Below, one piece after another: positions 52,134-62,990 of a stretch of DNA of 64,000 nucleotides (position 1 is the stretch's first letter; every line of letters starts with the position of its first letter). Source of the stretch: a bacterium (lineage in GTDB: Bacteria; Margulisbacteria; WOR-1; O2-12-FULL-45-9; XYB2-FULL-48-7); NCBI GenBank assembly GCA_043812655.1, contig JBDRLW010000046.1, positions 21,291 to 85,290 on the forward strand, read 5' to 3'. The position numbers and the translations under genes are program-made. The notes beneath the pieces were generated by a model. The model saw nothing but the letters and a program-made list of their open reading frames with translations. It ran no database searches and was not told the DNA's origin.

Positions 52134-53534
52134 GTGAAAATTTTACTTGCTGGCTACAATGTTGATGCCGATGTTTTGGCGGAGTTAACCCAAGGGACAA
52201 ACCGCCAAGATGTTACCCCAGAAACCCTCTCTGCTTCTTATGCCCGGATTTCCCGTGATCCCCGCAGTATTGATGAACTCCGGAAGATCGCGCGGAGCGA
52301 AGTGGAAAAAGCCAGGAAGTCAAACTCCAATATAATCTTTAAGATGGGGCACCATTCGGTCGCCGAACACGCCGTTTTTAATTTTGACCTGATCGATGTT
52401 TCCCGCTTGGCAATGGAAGAGATCGAAAAATTCCGCCTCTGTTCATATACGGAAAAGTCACAGCGGTACCAGAAACTTGAGGGTGGAGTGTTAGTAGCGG
52501 GAGAGGTTGTAGGGGGTAGGGATGAGGAGAAATACAAAAAGATCATAGAAAAACAAAATGCATTTTATCAGGAGATGGTTGGGGAGGGGATCGAGCCGGA
52601 AGACGCGCGCTACATTACGTCACTGGCGACGTATGGACAAGTCGGACTCACGATCAACGCCAGGAATTTGGAGCTATTGATCAGGCGATTTGCCGCCAGT
52701 AAATTAGCCGAAGTCAGGGAAATTGGCCAGAAACTTTATGCTTTAGCGGCTAAGATCGCGCCATCGATCATTCTTTTTACCGCGCCGAGCGATCTTGACC
52801 AGAAGACTTATGGCGAAATGGCAAAAATGGTTAAAACCGATAGGAAGAATAAAATTTCGGCGCCTTGTGTGTTAGTCGATTACACCCCCCAAGCCGACAT
52901 TAAATTAGTTAGCTCGCTTATCCATACGGTGTCTGGCATTTCTTATCTCAAAGCCAGGCGGACGGCTAAACAAATGAAAGTTAAAGAGCGCGAAGCTTTG
53001 GTTAAAAAAGCCGGAGAATATCTTGAGTTTTATGATCCAACGCTAAGAGAGTTTGAGCATATATCTTTAACTTATGACCTAGTGATGTCTTCCGGTTGTT
53101 TTGCCCAGATGAAGCGGCATCGGATGTCGACCATTACTTCGCAAGCTTATAATCCGGCGTTAGGCGTAACAATTCCGCCGAAAATACGAGCGACGAAACA
53201 CGAGCGACGATTCAACGAAATAATTGCCGAAACTGACGCTGTTTATAATGAATTAGCGAAAACCGACCAACACGCCGCGGAATACGTTTTAACCGGAGCA
53301 CATCGGAAAAGAAGTTTAATGACGGTTAACGCCAGGGAACTTTATCACATTTCTCGTTTACGTGAAGATAAACATGCCCAATGGGACATCCAAAATGTTT
53401 CGGCCGCGCTGGCTAAGGCGGCAAAAGCCGTGATGCCGCTAACAATGCAACTAATTGGCGGAAAAGATAAATACCAAGAGATCTATCAAGGTGTTTTTGG
53501 TCGACCGCCAAAAATATTGCCGCCCCAAGAATAA
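52134..53534 (+). CDS. thyX: FAD-dependent thymidylate synthase, tandem ThyX-fold
   Basis: GHHSVAEH, SYTEKSQRY, EDARY, INARNL; second copy RHRMS, VNAREL, HAQWDI. Confidence 0.85.
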   Translation: MKILLAGYNVDADVLAELTQGTNRQDVTPETLSASYARISRDPRSIDELRKIARSEVEKARKSNSNIIFKMGHHSVAEHAVFNFDLIDVSRLAMEEIEKFRLCSYTEKSQRYQKLEGGVLVAGEVVGGRDEEKYKKIIEKQNAFYQEMVGEGIEPEDARYITSLATYGQVGLTINARNLELLIRRFAASKLAEVREIGQKLYALAAKIAPSIILFTAPSDLDQKTYGEMAKMVKTDRKNKISAPCVLVDYTPQADIKLVSSLIHTVSGISYLKARRTAKQMKVKEREALVKKAGEYLEFYDPTLREFEHISLTYDLVMSSGCFAQMKRHRMSTITSQAYNPALGVTIPPKIRATKHERRFNEIIAETDAVYNELAKTDQHAAEYVLTGAHRKRSLMTVNARELYHISRLREDKHAQWDIQNVSAALAKAAKAVMPLTMQLIGGKDKYQEIYQGVFGRPPKILPPQE

Positions 53535-53547
53535 AAGGAGGAAAGAA

Positions 53548-53670
53548 ATGAATACCGCGATCGTAATGACTTTGATCATTTGCGGGACTGTCTTATTAAT
53601 TGCCCTGGCAAGCTTTTTATTTGCCATGTGGGTGATTTCTAAGGGGATCTCAATGCAAGAAAAGAAATAA
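53548..53670 (+). CDS. Small single-TM protein (40 aa)
   Basis: AAGGAGG SD, hydrophobic core. Stop abuts the next ATG. Confidence 0.6.
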   Translation: MNTAIVMTLIICGTVLLIALASFLFAMWVISKGISMQEKK

Positions 53671-55830
53671 ATGAGCAACCAGCCTCTTAATCTTGCGATC
53701 CTCTGGCATATGCACCAGCCTTTTTATAAGGACCTGGTGACTGGCGAGTACATTCTGCCCTGGGCCCGCCTCCACGCCGTCAAAGATTACTATGATATGG
53801 TCGCCATCCTCGACCGTTTTCCAGAAGTCAAAATGACCTTCAACCTAGTCCCTTCGCTTTTAAACCAGGTTGAAGATTATGTGAACAACAAAGTTTCCGA
53901 CAAATTTTTGGACCTAACCTTAAAAGCGCCTAACGACCTGTCACTTGATAACAAGGTCTTTATCCTGCAAAATTTCTTTTTGGCTAATTGGGATATCATG
54001 ATCCACCCTTATCCCAGGTACCAAGACCTATTGCTTAAAAGGGGACGCTTTATTTCGCCGGCTGAACTCCCCAAAATTGCCCGCCGCTTCTCCAACCAAG
54101 AATTGCTTGACCTCCAAGTCTGGTTCAATTTAACTTGGTTTGGCTTTATATCCAAAACGGAAGATCCGGTGATCAAAGGGTTGATCGCTAAAGGGAAATA
54201 TTTTTCTGCCGAAGATAAAGCTTTAGTCATCAGCAAGCAATTAGAAGTTATGGGGAAGGTTATTCCCAAATATAAGGAGCTTTCCGCTAGGGGCCAGATC
54301 GAATTAACGACTACACCGTATTATCATCCGATCTTGCCGCTTTTATGCGATTCTTCCTTAGCTAAAGAAGCGATGCCGGGGGTTAGGCTTCCTAAAACCA
54401 ATTTCCATCATCCAGAAGACGCGCTGGAACAGATCAAAATGGCGGTCGCTTTCCACCGGGAAAGGTTTGGCAGCGATCCGGCCGGAATGTGGCCGTCGGA
54501 AGGCTCGGTCGCGCCAGCCATAATACCGCTTATTGCCAAGAGTGGGATCAAATGGATCGCAACGGATGAGGCGATCTTGGAGCGCTCACTTAGGCGCGGT
54601 TTGCTGGCCGAAGACCTTTATCAACCTTATACGGCTGAGCATGAAGGGTCAGAGGTCGCCATGATCTTCCGCAACCATTTTATTTCTGACCAGGTTGGGT
54701 TTGTCTATTACCGCTGGAAAATTAATGATGCCCTGGCCGATTTTTCCGGCCATTGTAACAATATCCGCTTAAGCCTGCCGGAAGACGGCAACAAATATCT
54801 GCTCTCGGTCATCCTTGACGGAGAAAATGCCTGGGAGTTTTATCCTGGCGGCGGGAAAGAATTTCTCGAAGCCTTTTACCAGCGTTTGTCCTCTGAACAA
54901 ATGATAAAAACCGTTACGGTATCGGAACATCTAGAGCAATTTCCGCCGCGGCGCAAACTGTCGCGTTTATTTGCCGGTTCTTGGATCAATAATAATTTTA
55001 AGATCTGGATCGGCCATGAAGAAGATAACAAAGCTTGGGACCTTTTAAATTCCGCCCGTTTAGCCTTGGAAAACGCGACCGGCCTGGCGGAAGAAGATAA
55101 AAAAACCGCTTGGCAGGAGATCTATATCGCCGAAGGGTCGGATTGGTATTGGTGGTATGGAGATGACCACTCTTCGGAAAACGACGCGGTTTTTGACGCG
55201 CTTTTCAGGAAGCATTTAAAAAATGTCTATAGTCTGATCGGCCGCCCGGCGCCCAAGGAACTTTCCCAAGCGATCAAGCATGTTAGGGTTGTCAGGCCAA
55301 TTAAAGAGCCAGTCCATCTTGTTCATCCGATCTTAGATGGTGAAGTTACTAATTATTACGAATGGCTTTCTGCCGGCCACTTTGATATTGGCAAAGCCAG
55401 CGGCGCCATGCACCAGATCGAAACGCTGGTCAGCGACCTTTATTACGGTTTTAGCCTGGAAAGCTTCTTTATCCGTCTTGATCTCAACCTTTATCCACTG
55501 GCGGAAGAAGCCAAAACCCTCTCTTATGCCATCTTGATCCATGCCCATGATGATTTTAAAGCGGAACTTTTAGCCGGAGTTTTTACCTTATCAAAAAAAG
55601 GAGCAAAGGGCGAATGGGTGAAGATAAAAAACCTTGAAACTTTTAGCCTGCGGCGTATAATTGAATTCGGGTTTTTGTTCGCCGACCTTGATCTTAAACC
55701 AAACGAAAAGCTGGAATTCACTGTCGTAATTTACAAAGATGGCCAAGAACTGGAACGGTGGCCTCGGGGCGGGGGAATTGGAGTCACCGTGCCGAGCGAG
55801 AGCTACTCGGACGAACAATGGTACGTATGA
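53671..55830 (+). CDS. GH57 amylopullulanase-like glycoside hydrolase
   Basis: WHMHQP, YHPILPL, WPSEG, LDGENAW, AEGSDWYWW. Confidence 0.92.
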   Translation: MSNQPLNLAILWHMHQPFYKDLVTGEYILPWARLHAVKDYYDMVAILDRFPEVKMTFNLVPSLLNQVEDYVNNKVSDKFLDLTLKAPNDLSLDNKVFILQNFFLANWDIMIHPYPRYQDLLLKRGRFISPAELPKIARRFSNQELLDLQVWFNLTWFGFISKTEDPVIKGLIAKGKYFSAEDKALVISKQLEVMGKVIPKYKELSARGQIELTTTPYYHPILPLLCDSSLAKEAMPGVRLPKTNFHHPEDALEQIKMAVAFHRERFGSDPAGMWPSEGSVAPAIIPLIAKSGIKWIATDEAILERSLRRGLLAEDLYQPYTAEHEGSEVAMIFRNHFISDQVGFVYYRWKINDALADFSGHCNNIRLSLPEDGNKYLLSVILDGENAWEFYPGGGKEFLEAFYQRLSSEQMIKTVTVSEHLEQFPPRRKLSRLFAGSWINNNFKIWIGHEEDNKAWDLLNSARLALENATGLAEEDKKTAWQEIYIAEGSDWYWWYGDDHSSENDAVFDALFRKHLKNVYSLIGRPAPKELSQAIKHVRVVRPIKEPVHLVHPILDGEVTNYYEWLSAGHFDIGKASGAMHQIETLVSDLYYGFSLESFFIRLDLNLYPLAEEAKTLSYAILIHAHDDFKAELLAGVFTLSKKGAKGEWVKIKNLETFSLRRIIEFGFLFADLDLKPNEKLEFTVVIYKDGQELERWPRGGGIGVTVPSESYSDEQWYV

Positions 55831-57977
55831 AAAAAGTAAAATTCTTATTTGGCATCCATTGCCACCAGCCGGTCGGAAATTTCGGACATATTTTCGACGA
55901 AGCATATGAGAGATCATACCTCCCTTTTATCCAGGCCATGGATGCCCATCCCCGAATTAAGTTTTCTGTCCATTACAGCGGTATACTTTACGATTGGTTC
56001 GCTAAAAAACATCCGGAATTTTTGGAACATTTAAATAAATTAATTGGCCGCGGCCAGGCGGAAGCAATGACCGCCGGCTATTATGAACCGATCATCCCGA
56101 TCATTCCCGACGCCGATAAGATCGGCCAGATCACCCGGTCAAATAATTTTATCAAAGAAACCTTTGGCGTCGCGCCGCGCGGCCTTTGGCTGACCGAGCG
56201 GATCTGGGAACCGCATTTGCCCAAAATCCTTTCCAAAGCCGGCATTGAATATGTGATGGTCGATGACTACCATTTTATTTCCGCCGGGACCGACCCGAAT
56301 AAGCTCAACGGCTATTATATGACCGAAGAGGAAGGGGACAGCTTAAAAATATTCCCGATCAATAAAAAACTTCGTTATTTGGTCCCTTTTAAACTGCCGG
56401 AAGAGACGATCAAATATCTGCAGAGCATCGCGACCGAAGATGGTAATGTCGCCGCTATCCTGGCCGATGACGGGGAAAAATTTGGCGTTTGGCCGGGAAC
56501 CCACAAATGGGTATTCGAAGAAGGTTATCTCGAAAAACTTTTGTCCCTCCTTGAAGACAATGCCAGTTGGATAGATTTTACGACCTTTTCCGAATACATT
56601 GAAGAATTCCCCCCCCTTGGCCGGATCTACTTGCCGACCGGTTCCTATTATGAAATGATGGAGTGGTCATTACCGACCAAAGCGGGGAAAAAGCTTAAGC
56701 AGATCACCAACGACCTAAAGCGCGAAGAAAAGTTCGATAAATACAGCCAATTCTTTAAAGGCGGTTTTTTCCGCAACTTTTTTGTTAAATATCCGGAATC
56801 AAATAACATGCACAAGAAGATGCTTCAGGTCAGCCAGAAACTGCAGACGCTAAAAAAAGGGAAATCATTGATCGGCGAACGGGAAAGGGAGAGCCGACTG
56901 CGTGAGGCCGAAAAAGAACTTTACATGGGCCAGTGCAATTGCGCGTATTGGCACGGGGTGTTTGGCGGTTTATACCTCAATTATCTGCGCAACGGCATTT
57001 ATGAACATCTGATCCGGGCCGAGATCTTGCTAGATAAATATGCCCGGGGAAAAGATAATTATGCCGATATTGCCGTTACCGACTTTGATAAAGACGGCCA
57101 CGATGAGGTGATCCTCTCTAATAACCTGCTTAACCTTTATTTCTCCCCTAATTCCGGCGGCTCGCTGTTTGAGATCGATTATAAGCCAAAATGTTTTAAC
57201 TTAACTAACACTTTAGCCAGACGGGAAGAAGTTTATCATGACAAGATCAGGGCTGCTTTAGATCAGCCAAGCCAAGACCAAGCTGGAGCAGCTTCGATCC
57301 ATGAGATCGTTAATGTTAAAGAACCAGGGCTTGATAAAGCACTGGTTTATGATTGGCACCGGCGAGTTTGCCTGCTTGACCATTTCTTGGCTGATGGGAC
57401 AGATATTGAAAATTTCAGCCAAGTAAAATATTTTGAAGCGGGTGATTTTATCAACCAACCGTATGAATTCTTGCCGCATCGTCGCGGCAACGAAGCGTCC
57501 ATGGTCCTGCGGCGCTTGGGCAAGGTCGGGGGAATTCCGATCAAACTGGAAAAGACCATTTCACTCTGTTCCAAACAATCGATCATTAACATCAATTATG
57601 AGATCACCAACCAGGGAAATAGCGCCGTAGAACTCCATTTTGGGCCGGAATTTAACTTTTCGCTTTTAGCCGGCAACGCGCCTGATCGGTACTATCTGAT
57701 AAATGGCGTAAAACCAGCCGATCCGGAGCTTGAAAGCCAGGGCGTTGACGCCGAGGTTAAATCAGTTAAACTCGTTGACGAATGGAAAGGCTTTGTTGTA
57801 TTATTGGAGCTTGAAGAATGCGCCAATTTTTGGCGTTTCCCGATCATGACCGTATCGCAATCGGAGTCAGGTTTTGAGAAGACCTACCAGGGATCGGTGC
57901 TTTTTCCGAACTGGAATTTTTCTCTTGAACCTGGCGAAAAATGGAAGACCAAAATAGTTTTACGCGTTGAAGAATAA
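55827..57977 (+). CDS. GH57 alpha-amylase/4-alpha-glucanotransferase
   Basis: HCHQP, WLTERIWEP, DDGEKFGVWP, QCNCAYWHGVFGG, SQSESGFE. ATG 55827. Confidence 0.92.
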   Translation: MKKVKFLFGIHCHQPVGNFGHIFDEAYERSYLPFIQAMDAHPRIKFSVHYSGILYDWFAKKHPEFLEHLNKLIGRGQAEAMTAGYYEPIIPIIPDADKIGQITRSNNFIKETFGVAPRGLWLTERIWEPHLPKILSKAGIEYVMVDDYHFISAGTDPNKLNGYYMTEEEGDSLKIFPINKKLRYLVPFKLPEETIKYLQSIATEDGNVAAILADDGEKFGVWPGTHKWVFEEGYLEKLLSLLEDNASWIDFTTFSEYIEEFPPLGRIYLPTGSYYEMMEWSLPTKAGKKLKQITNDLKREEKFDKYSQFFKGGFFRNFFVKYPESNNMHKKMLQVSQKLQTLKKGKSLIGERERESRLREAEKELYMGQCNCAYWHGVFGGLYLNYLRNGIYEHLIRAEILLDKYARGKDNYADIAVTDFDKDGHDEVILSNNLLNLYFSPNSGGSLFEIDYKPKCFNLTNTLARREEVYHDKIRAALDQPSQDQAGAASIHEIVNVKEPGLDKALVYDWHRRVCLLDHFLADGTDIENFSQVKYFEAGDFINQPYEFLPHRRGNEASMVLRRLGKVGGIPIKLEKTISLCSKQSIININYEITNQGNSAVELHFGPEFNFSLLAGNAPDRYYLINGVKPADPELESQGVDAEVKSVKLVDEWKGFVVLLELEECANFWRFPIMTVSQSESGFEKTYQGSVLFPNWNFSLEPGEKWKTKIVLRVEE

Positions 57978-57988
57978 AAGGAGGGACC

Positions 57989-59026
57989 ATGCCGGAATTA
58001 CGTAAAGATCCAATCTCTGATCGCTGGGTGGTGATTTCAACCGAAAGGGGAAGGAGACCGTCCGATTTTGGCGGCACAACAGTGGCCGCTGAAGCTAAAC
58101 CAGGGAAGTTTTGCGCCTTTTGTGAAGGGAACGAAGCTAAAACTCCGCCGGAAATAACCGCTTACCGCAAAGCGGGGACCGCTCCTAATACGCCCGGCTG
58201 GGATGTCCGGGTTATTCCTAATAAATTTCCCGCCTTGATCATTGAAGGCGATGTCAACCGGACCGGTACTGGTATTTATGACATGATGAGCGGGATTGGC
58301 GCGCATGAAGTGATCGTGGAATCGCCAAAACACAACCAAAGCATTCCCGACCTGGAAGACAGCCACGTGGAAAAGATCTTGTGGGCGTATAAGCAGCGGA
58401 TACTTGACCTGGAAAAAGATAAGCGGTTTCGCTATGTTTTGGTATTTAAAAATTATGGGACGGCGGCCGGAGCTTCGCTTGAGCATCCTCATTCCCAGTT
58501 GATCGCAACCCCGATCACCCCCCGTTACGTAAAACTTGAGCTGACCACCGCCAGGCAATATTTCCAGGAAAAAGAACGCTGTATCTTTTGCGACATGATC
58601 AGGCAAGAACTGGGAGTAGGGGAACGGCTGGTTTACGAGAACGAATATTTTGTCGTTTTTACGCCATTTGCTTCCAGGTTCCCGTTTGAGGTTTGGATCT
58701 TGCCCCGGCGGCATGAGTATGGCTTCCAGGAATTGCCGGATGAAGAAAGGACCCAGCTGGCTCGCTGTTTAAAAGATATTTTAACCAGGCTGAGAAAGAC
58801 CTTGAACGATCCGCCGTATAATTATGTCCTGCACACCGCCCCAAATCCGGTCGCCCGCCCTGGCAAACCTGATTATTGGGGGACGATCCAATACGATTTC
58901 CATTGGCACATAGAGATCATTCCCCGGCTGACAAAACAAGCCGGGTTTGAGTGGGGTTCTGGGCTCTACATCAATCCGACCGCGCCGGAAGAAGCGGCTA
59001 AATATTTACGGGAAGCAAAAATATAA
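57989..59026 (+). CDS. galT: GalT-family nucleotidylyltransferase
   Basis: ERGRRP, CAFC, NKFPAL, GASLEHPHSQ (HxHxQ), HWHIEI. Confidence 0.88.
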   Translation: MPELRKDPISDRWVVISTERGRRPSDFGGTTVAAEAKPGKFCAFCEGNEAKTPPEITAYRKAGTAPNTPGWDVRVIPNKFPALIIEGDVNRTGTGIYDMMSGIGAHEVIVESPKHNQSIPDLEDSHVEKILWAYKQRILDLEKDKRFRYVLVFKNYGTAAGASLEHPHSQLIATPITPRYVKLELTTARQYFQEKERCIFCDMIRQELGVGERLVYENEYFVVFTPFASRFPFEVWILPRRHEYGFQELPDEERTQLARCLKDILTRLRKTLNDPPYNYVLHTAPNPVARPGKPDYWGTIQYDFHWHIEIIPRLTKQAGFEWGSGLYINPTAPEEAAKYLREAKI

Positions 59027-59040
59027 CAAGGGGGTAAATA

Positions 59041-59751
59041 ATGCCTCTAATTAAAAAGACGACCAAGACGCCTAAGGAAAAAGTCGCACCGAAAAAGAAG
59101 GTCGCGGCCGTCAAGAAAGTTGTTGAAAAAAAGCCCGCCAGGAAAAGATCTTCACTTATTAACGATGTTAGCAGTAAGATTCCTAAACAAAAAAAGTTAG
59201 CTCCGAATACTACGCTAACGGCTGAAGCTTCAAAATACTTTTTAGCCGAGCCTGATCAACCAAACTTATCGATCCAAAGCGACTTTATTTTTCCCGCCGG
59301 TTATGGTGATAATCGGATCGTTTTAATGGTTAGGGATCCTAACTGGGCTTATACTTATTGGGAAATAAGCAGCCAGCGGCTGCAGGAGATCGCCGGGGAG
59401 CTGGGCAAAACAATCTTTAACCGTTCGCAAAAGATCTTACGTGTTTACGATACCGAAAATTGGCGCTATTTTGATGTTGATATCAATAGCGAAGCGATCA
59501 ACTGGTATCTAAAAATGCCAGAGACCGATCATTCTTATTGCGTGGAGATCGGCTTTGTAACACCAGATGGTCGTTTTATTGCGGCCGCCAGGTCTAATTG
59601 CGTAACTATGCCGCGTGATAAAGCTTCCGATCTTATTGATGAGAATTGGGTGCCAGGCGACTGGGATAATATTTATTCTTTATCCGGCGGTCACTCGGCT
59701 AGGACAGGCTCCTTTAGCTGGCTTTCTAGCTTTTCCCTCCAAAGGCATTAA
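59041..59751 (+). CDS. DUF4912 domain protein with Lys-rich N-terminus
   Basis: YGDNRIVLMVRDPNWAYTYWEI...LRVYD...NWY...ARSN. Confidence 0.85.
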   Translation: MPLIKKTTKTPKEKVAPKKKVAAVKKVVEKKPARKRSSLINDVSSKIPKQKKLAPNTTLTAEASKYFLAEPDQPNLSIQSDFIFPAGYGDNRIVLMVRDPNWAYTYWEISSQRLQEIAGELGKTIFNRSQKILRVYDTENWRYFDVDINSEAINWYLKMPETDHSYCVEIGFVTPDGRFIAAARSNCVTMPRDKASDLIDENWVPGDWDNIYSLSGGHSARTGSFSWLSSFSLQRH

Positions 59752-59753
59752 TT

Positions 59754-61340
59754 ATGGAAAAAGGTTATCTTGCACTTGTTTTGCATGCTCATCTGCCTTT
59801 TGTCCGGCATCCGGAATTTAAAGAATTCTTGGAAGAAGATTGGCTTTATGAAGCGATCACCGAAACATATATTCCTCTCTTGCGCGTTCTTGAGGGCCTG
59901 GTTAACGACCATGTAGATTTCCGCCTTACCATGTCGATCACGCCGACTTTAGCCTCGATGTTCATCGATCCGCTGCTGCAAGATCGCTATCTGGCGCATT
60001 TGGATAAGCTGATCGAACTGACCAATTTGGAGATCGAGCGAACCAAACGGCAGGCAGAATTTAACCAACTGGCCAAGATGTATAACCGGATTTTCAACGA
60101 AACCCGGCAGATCTTTACTCACCAATACCATAAAAACCTGATCGGCGCGTTCAAAAAATTCCAAGATCTGGGGAAGCTTGAGATCATTACCTGCGGCGCG
60201 ACCCACGGTTTTTTGCCGCTGATGGACATCAACCAAAAAGCGGTCCGGGCCCAGATAATGGTTGCCACCGCTCAATATGAAAAACTTTTTGGCCGTCCGG
60301 CTCGAGGGATCTGGCTGCCAGAGTGCGGATATCATCCTGACCACGATAAATATTTGAAAGAAGCGGGGATCAATTTTTTCCTGGTTGATAACCATGGCAT
60401 CTTGCATGGCTCACCCCGGCCAAAATATGGGGTTTTTGCTCCGGTCTATTGCCGTTCCGGCGTCGCCGCTTTTGGCCGGGACCTTGAGTCATCGAAAGCG
60501 GTCTGGAGCGCGGAAGAAGGCTATCCCGGCGATCATAATCACCGGGAATTTTATCGCGACATCGGCTTTGATCTTGATTACGAATATATCCGGCCGTTCA
60601 TTAATGCCGATGGGACAAGGATCAATACCGGGATAAAATATTATAGGATCACCGGCAAAGTTGATCTAGCCTTCAAAAAACCATATGTTGAGCAGTGGGC
60701 GAAGGATAAAGCGGCTGACCAAGCGGGAAACTTTATGTTCAACCGCGAAAAACAGGTTGAGCATTTATATGAGGCCTTAAAAAAGAAGCCGATAATTGTT
60801 TCACCCTACGACGCCGAACTTTTTGGCCATTGGTGGTATGAGGGACCGCAGTGGCTCGATTTTCTTTTTAGGAAAATGCATCATGACCAAAAGACCGTTA
60901 AACTAATTACTCCATCAGAGTATTTGGACCTGCATCCCCATAATCAAGTCGTAACTCCATCAATGTCGTCCTGGGGACATAAGGGATATAACGAAGTCTG
61001 GCTCGAAGGCTCGAACGACTGGATCTACCGTTACCTCCACAAAGCAGCCGATCGAATGGTTGAATTGGCCGGCGAACATCCAACGGCGGAGGGTGAAGTC
61101 AAAAGAGCGCTTAACCAGGCGGCTCGAGAACTTTTATTGGCTCAAGCGTCTGATTGGGCTTTTATTTTTAAGACCGGGACGTGCACTCCTTACGCATATA
61201 AACGGACCCGCGACCACATTGAACGCTTCTCTAAGATCTATGATTCAGTTAAGTCAAATTCCGTTGATACTGCGTGGCTGGCAGGAGTAGAGCACATGGA
61301 CAACGCTTTTCCGGATATCGATTATAGGGTGTATAGCTAA
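59754..61340 (+). CDS. GH57 1,4-alpha-glucan branching enzyme (DUF1957)
   Basis: LHAHLPFVRH, WLPECG, YDAELFGHWW, ARELLLAQASDW. Confidence 0.93.
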   Translation: MEKGYLALVLHAHLPFVRHPEFKEFLEEDWLYEAITETYIPLLRVLEGLVNDHVDFRLTMSITPTLASMFIDPLLQDRYLAHLDKLIELTNLEIERTKRQAEFNQLAKMYNRIFNETRQIFTHQYHKNLIGAFKKFQDLGKLEIITCGATHGFLPLMDINQKAVRAQIMVATAQYEKLFGRPARGIWLPECGYHPDHDKYLKEAGINFFLVDNHGILHGSPRPKYGVFAPVYCRSGVAAFGRDLESSKAVWSAEEGYPGDHNHREFYRDIGFDLDYEYIRPFINADGTRINTGIKYYRITGKVDLAFKKPYVEQWAKDKAADQAGNFMFNREKQVEHLYEALKKKPIIVSPYDAELFGHWWYEGPQWLDFLFRKMHHDQKTVKLITPSEYLDLHPHNQVVTPSMSSWGHKGYNEVWLEGSNDWIYRYLHKAADRMVELAGEHPTAEGEVKRALNQAARELLLAQASDWAFIFKTGTCTPYAYKRTRDHIERFSKIYDSVKSNSVDTAWLAGVEHMDNAFPDIDYRVYS

Positions 61341-61432
61341 ATAAAATTAATATCCGCCACTTACAGTGGGGAGTTAGGTCATTGTTTATTTTCAAACAAA
61401 AAAATGATTTCATAGCCAAAATCAGGCAAAAC

Positions 61433-62952
61433 ATGTTGCTTGTGAGCTTGGCAATATTAAGCTTCATAGGCACAATACTTGTTCTTATTTGTACGGCTAG
61501 ATATGGACCGGGAATTGACCCCGATTCAATTTCTTATATGTCCACTGCAAGTAGTTTGCTGGCTGGCCAAGGGTATCTACTCTGGAATGGTCAGCCGTTC
61601 ACAGACTGGCCGCCTCTTTTCCCTACGATTTTAGCTATTCTTAGTTTAACAGACCTGGATTTCTTAAATGGAGCAGGATTTTTAAACGCGATTGTTTTTG
61701 GTTTGATAATTTTTACTTCTGGCCAATTATTTTGCTCGGTGATTCGGTCAAGAAAACTGATAATATTAGGGACGGTTTCTGTTCTATTGTCTGTTCCGCT
61801 TTTAGAGGTTTCCGTTAGTGTATTGTCCGAGCCGCTTTTTATTTTGTTGACCATATTGTTTATTATTTGTTTGCAGAAATTTATTCTTGAAAAACAGTGG
61901 TCTTATTTATTTTCGCTCTCGCTCATTGCGGCTCTTGCCTGCCTCCAAAGGTATATGGGTGTTACTCTAATCTTTACAGGCTTGGTGATAATTCTGTTTT
62001 TTATGCCTGGGACTTCTTTTTTACAAAAACTTAAATACGCGGTTGTTTTTTGCGGTCTTTCTCTTGCCCCTTTGCTTGTTTGGATCACGAGGAATCATTT
62101 ATTAGTTCACGCGTTTTTTGGCCAAAGAGCTCCTTCATCATCCAACTTTTCGGAAAATATACGCTTTACGATTTTGACTTTGATTCCATGGTTTATGCCA
62201 AACGCAATATTTTTGTTGCTTAAAAAATGGGGGGGGGTATCTTAGCAATAATTGCAATTATCAGCTTTTATAAACGTGACCGAAGAAATAATAATGGATA
62301 TATTCAAGTATTACCGGCTGGTTTGTTTATTATTATTTATACTACACATTTAATAACTTCCGCTACGACTACTCATTTTAATCAAATAGATTCTCGGTTA
62401 TTATCACCAATATATGTTTTTATTATCTTTTTCATTTTATATGTATTCGAAGGGATTTTAAATTTATTTGGGCGATCTCCAAAAATATCAAGGATTTTAA
62501 ACATTACGATTTTTATTTTCTTCTCTTTATGGCTAACATATCGACTTGTTCTGACTATCAGCCATGTGCCCGTAACTATGCGTAATGGAATTAATGGTTT
62601 TACCAGCACTTATTACAGTAAATCTCCTTTGATCTCATGGGTAAAAAAGAATCCACACCTATTAGATAGCATTATATACACCAATGTATCTCCACATGGC
62701 CTGTATTTTCTTGTTGGGAGAACAACGACGAACTTCAATTTTATTCATCCATGTAGTGACGACAATGTTCTACGGAATCTTCAAATGGAAGGGGAAACTG
62801 GAAATAAAGCATATCTTATCTGGCTTGAGAAAGATAAAAATATAATGCTACACAAACGTCAAATTTTCCGTTCCGTTTTTAGATTAGAAAAAATCGTCGT
62901 TTTACCTGATGGGGAAGTTTATCTCATTAAAGGGATGAAATCCGTTAATTAG
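61433..62952 (+). pseudogene. GT-C-like polytopic membrane protein split by a frameshift at a G9 tract
   Basis: PDSISY, WPPLFP, LSEPLF, RYMG in ORF1. ORF2 continues in the -1 frame at G9 (62229-62237). Confidence 0.75.
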
Positions 62953-62990
62953 AAATTATCCCATCAATATGCTAATATTCAAGCATATTT

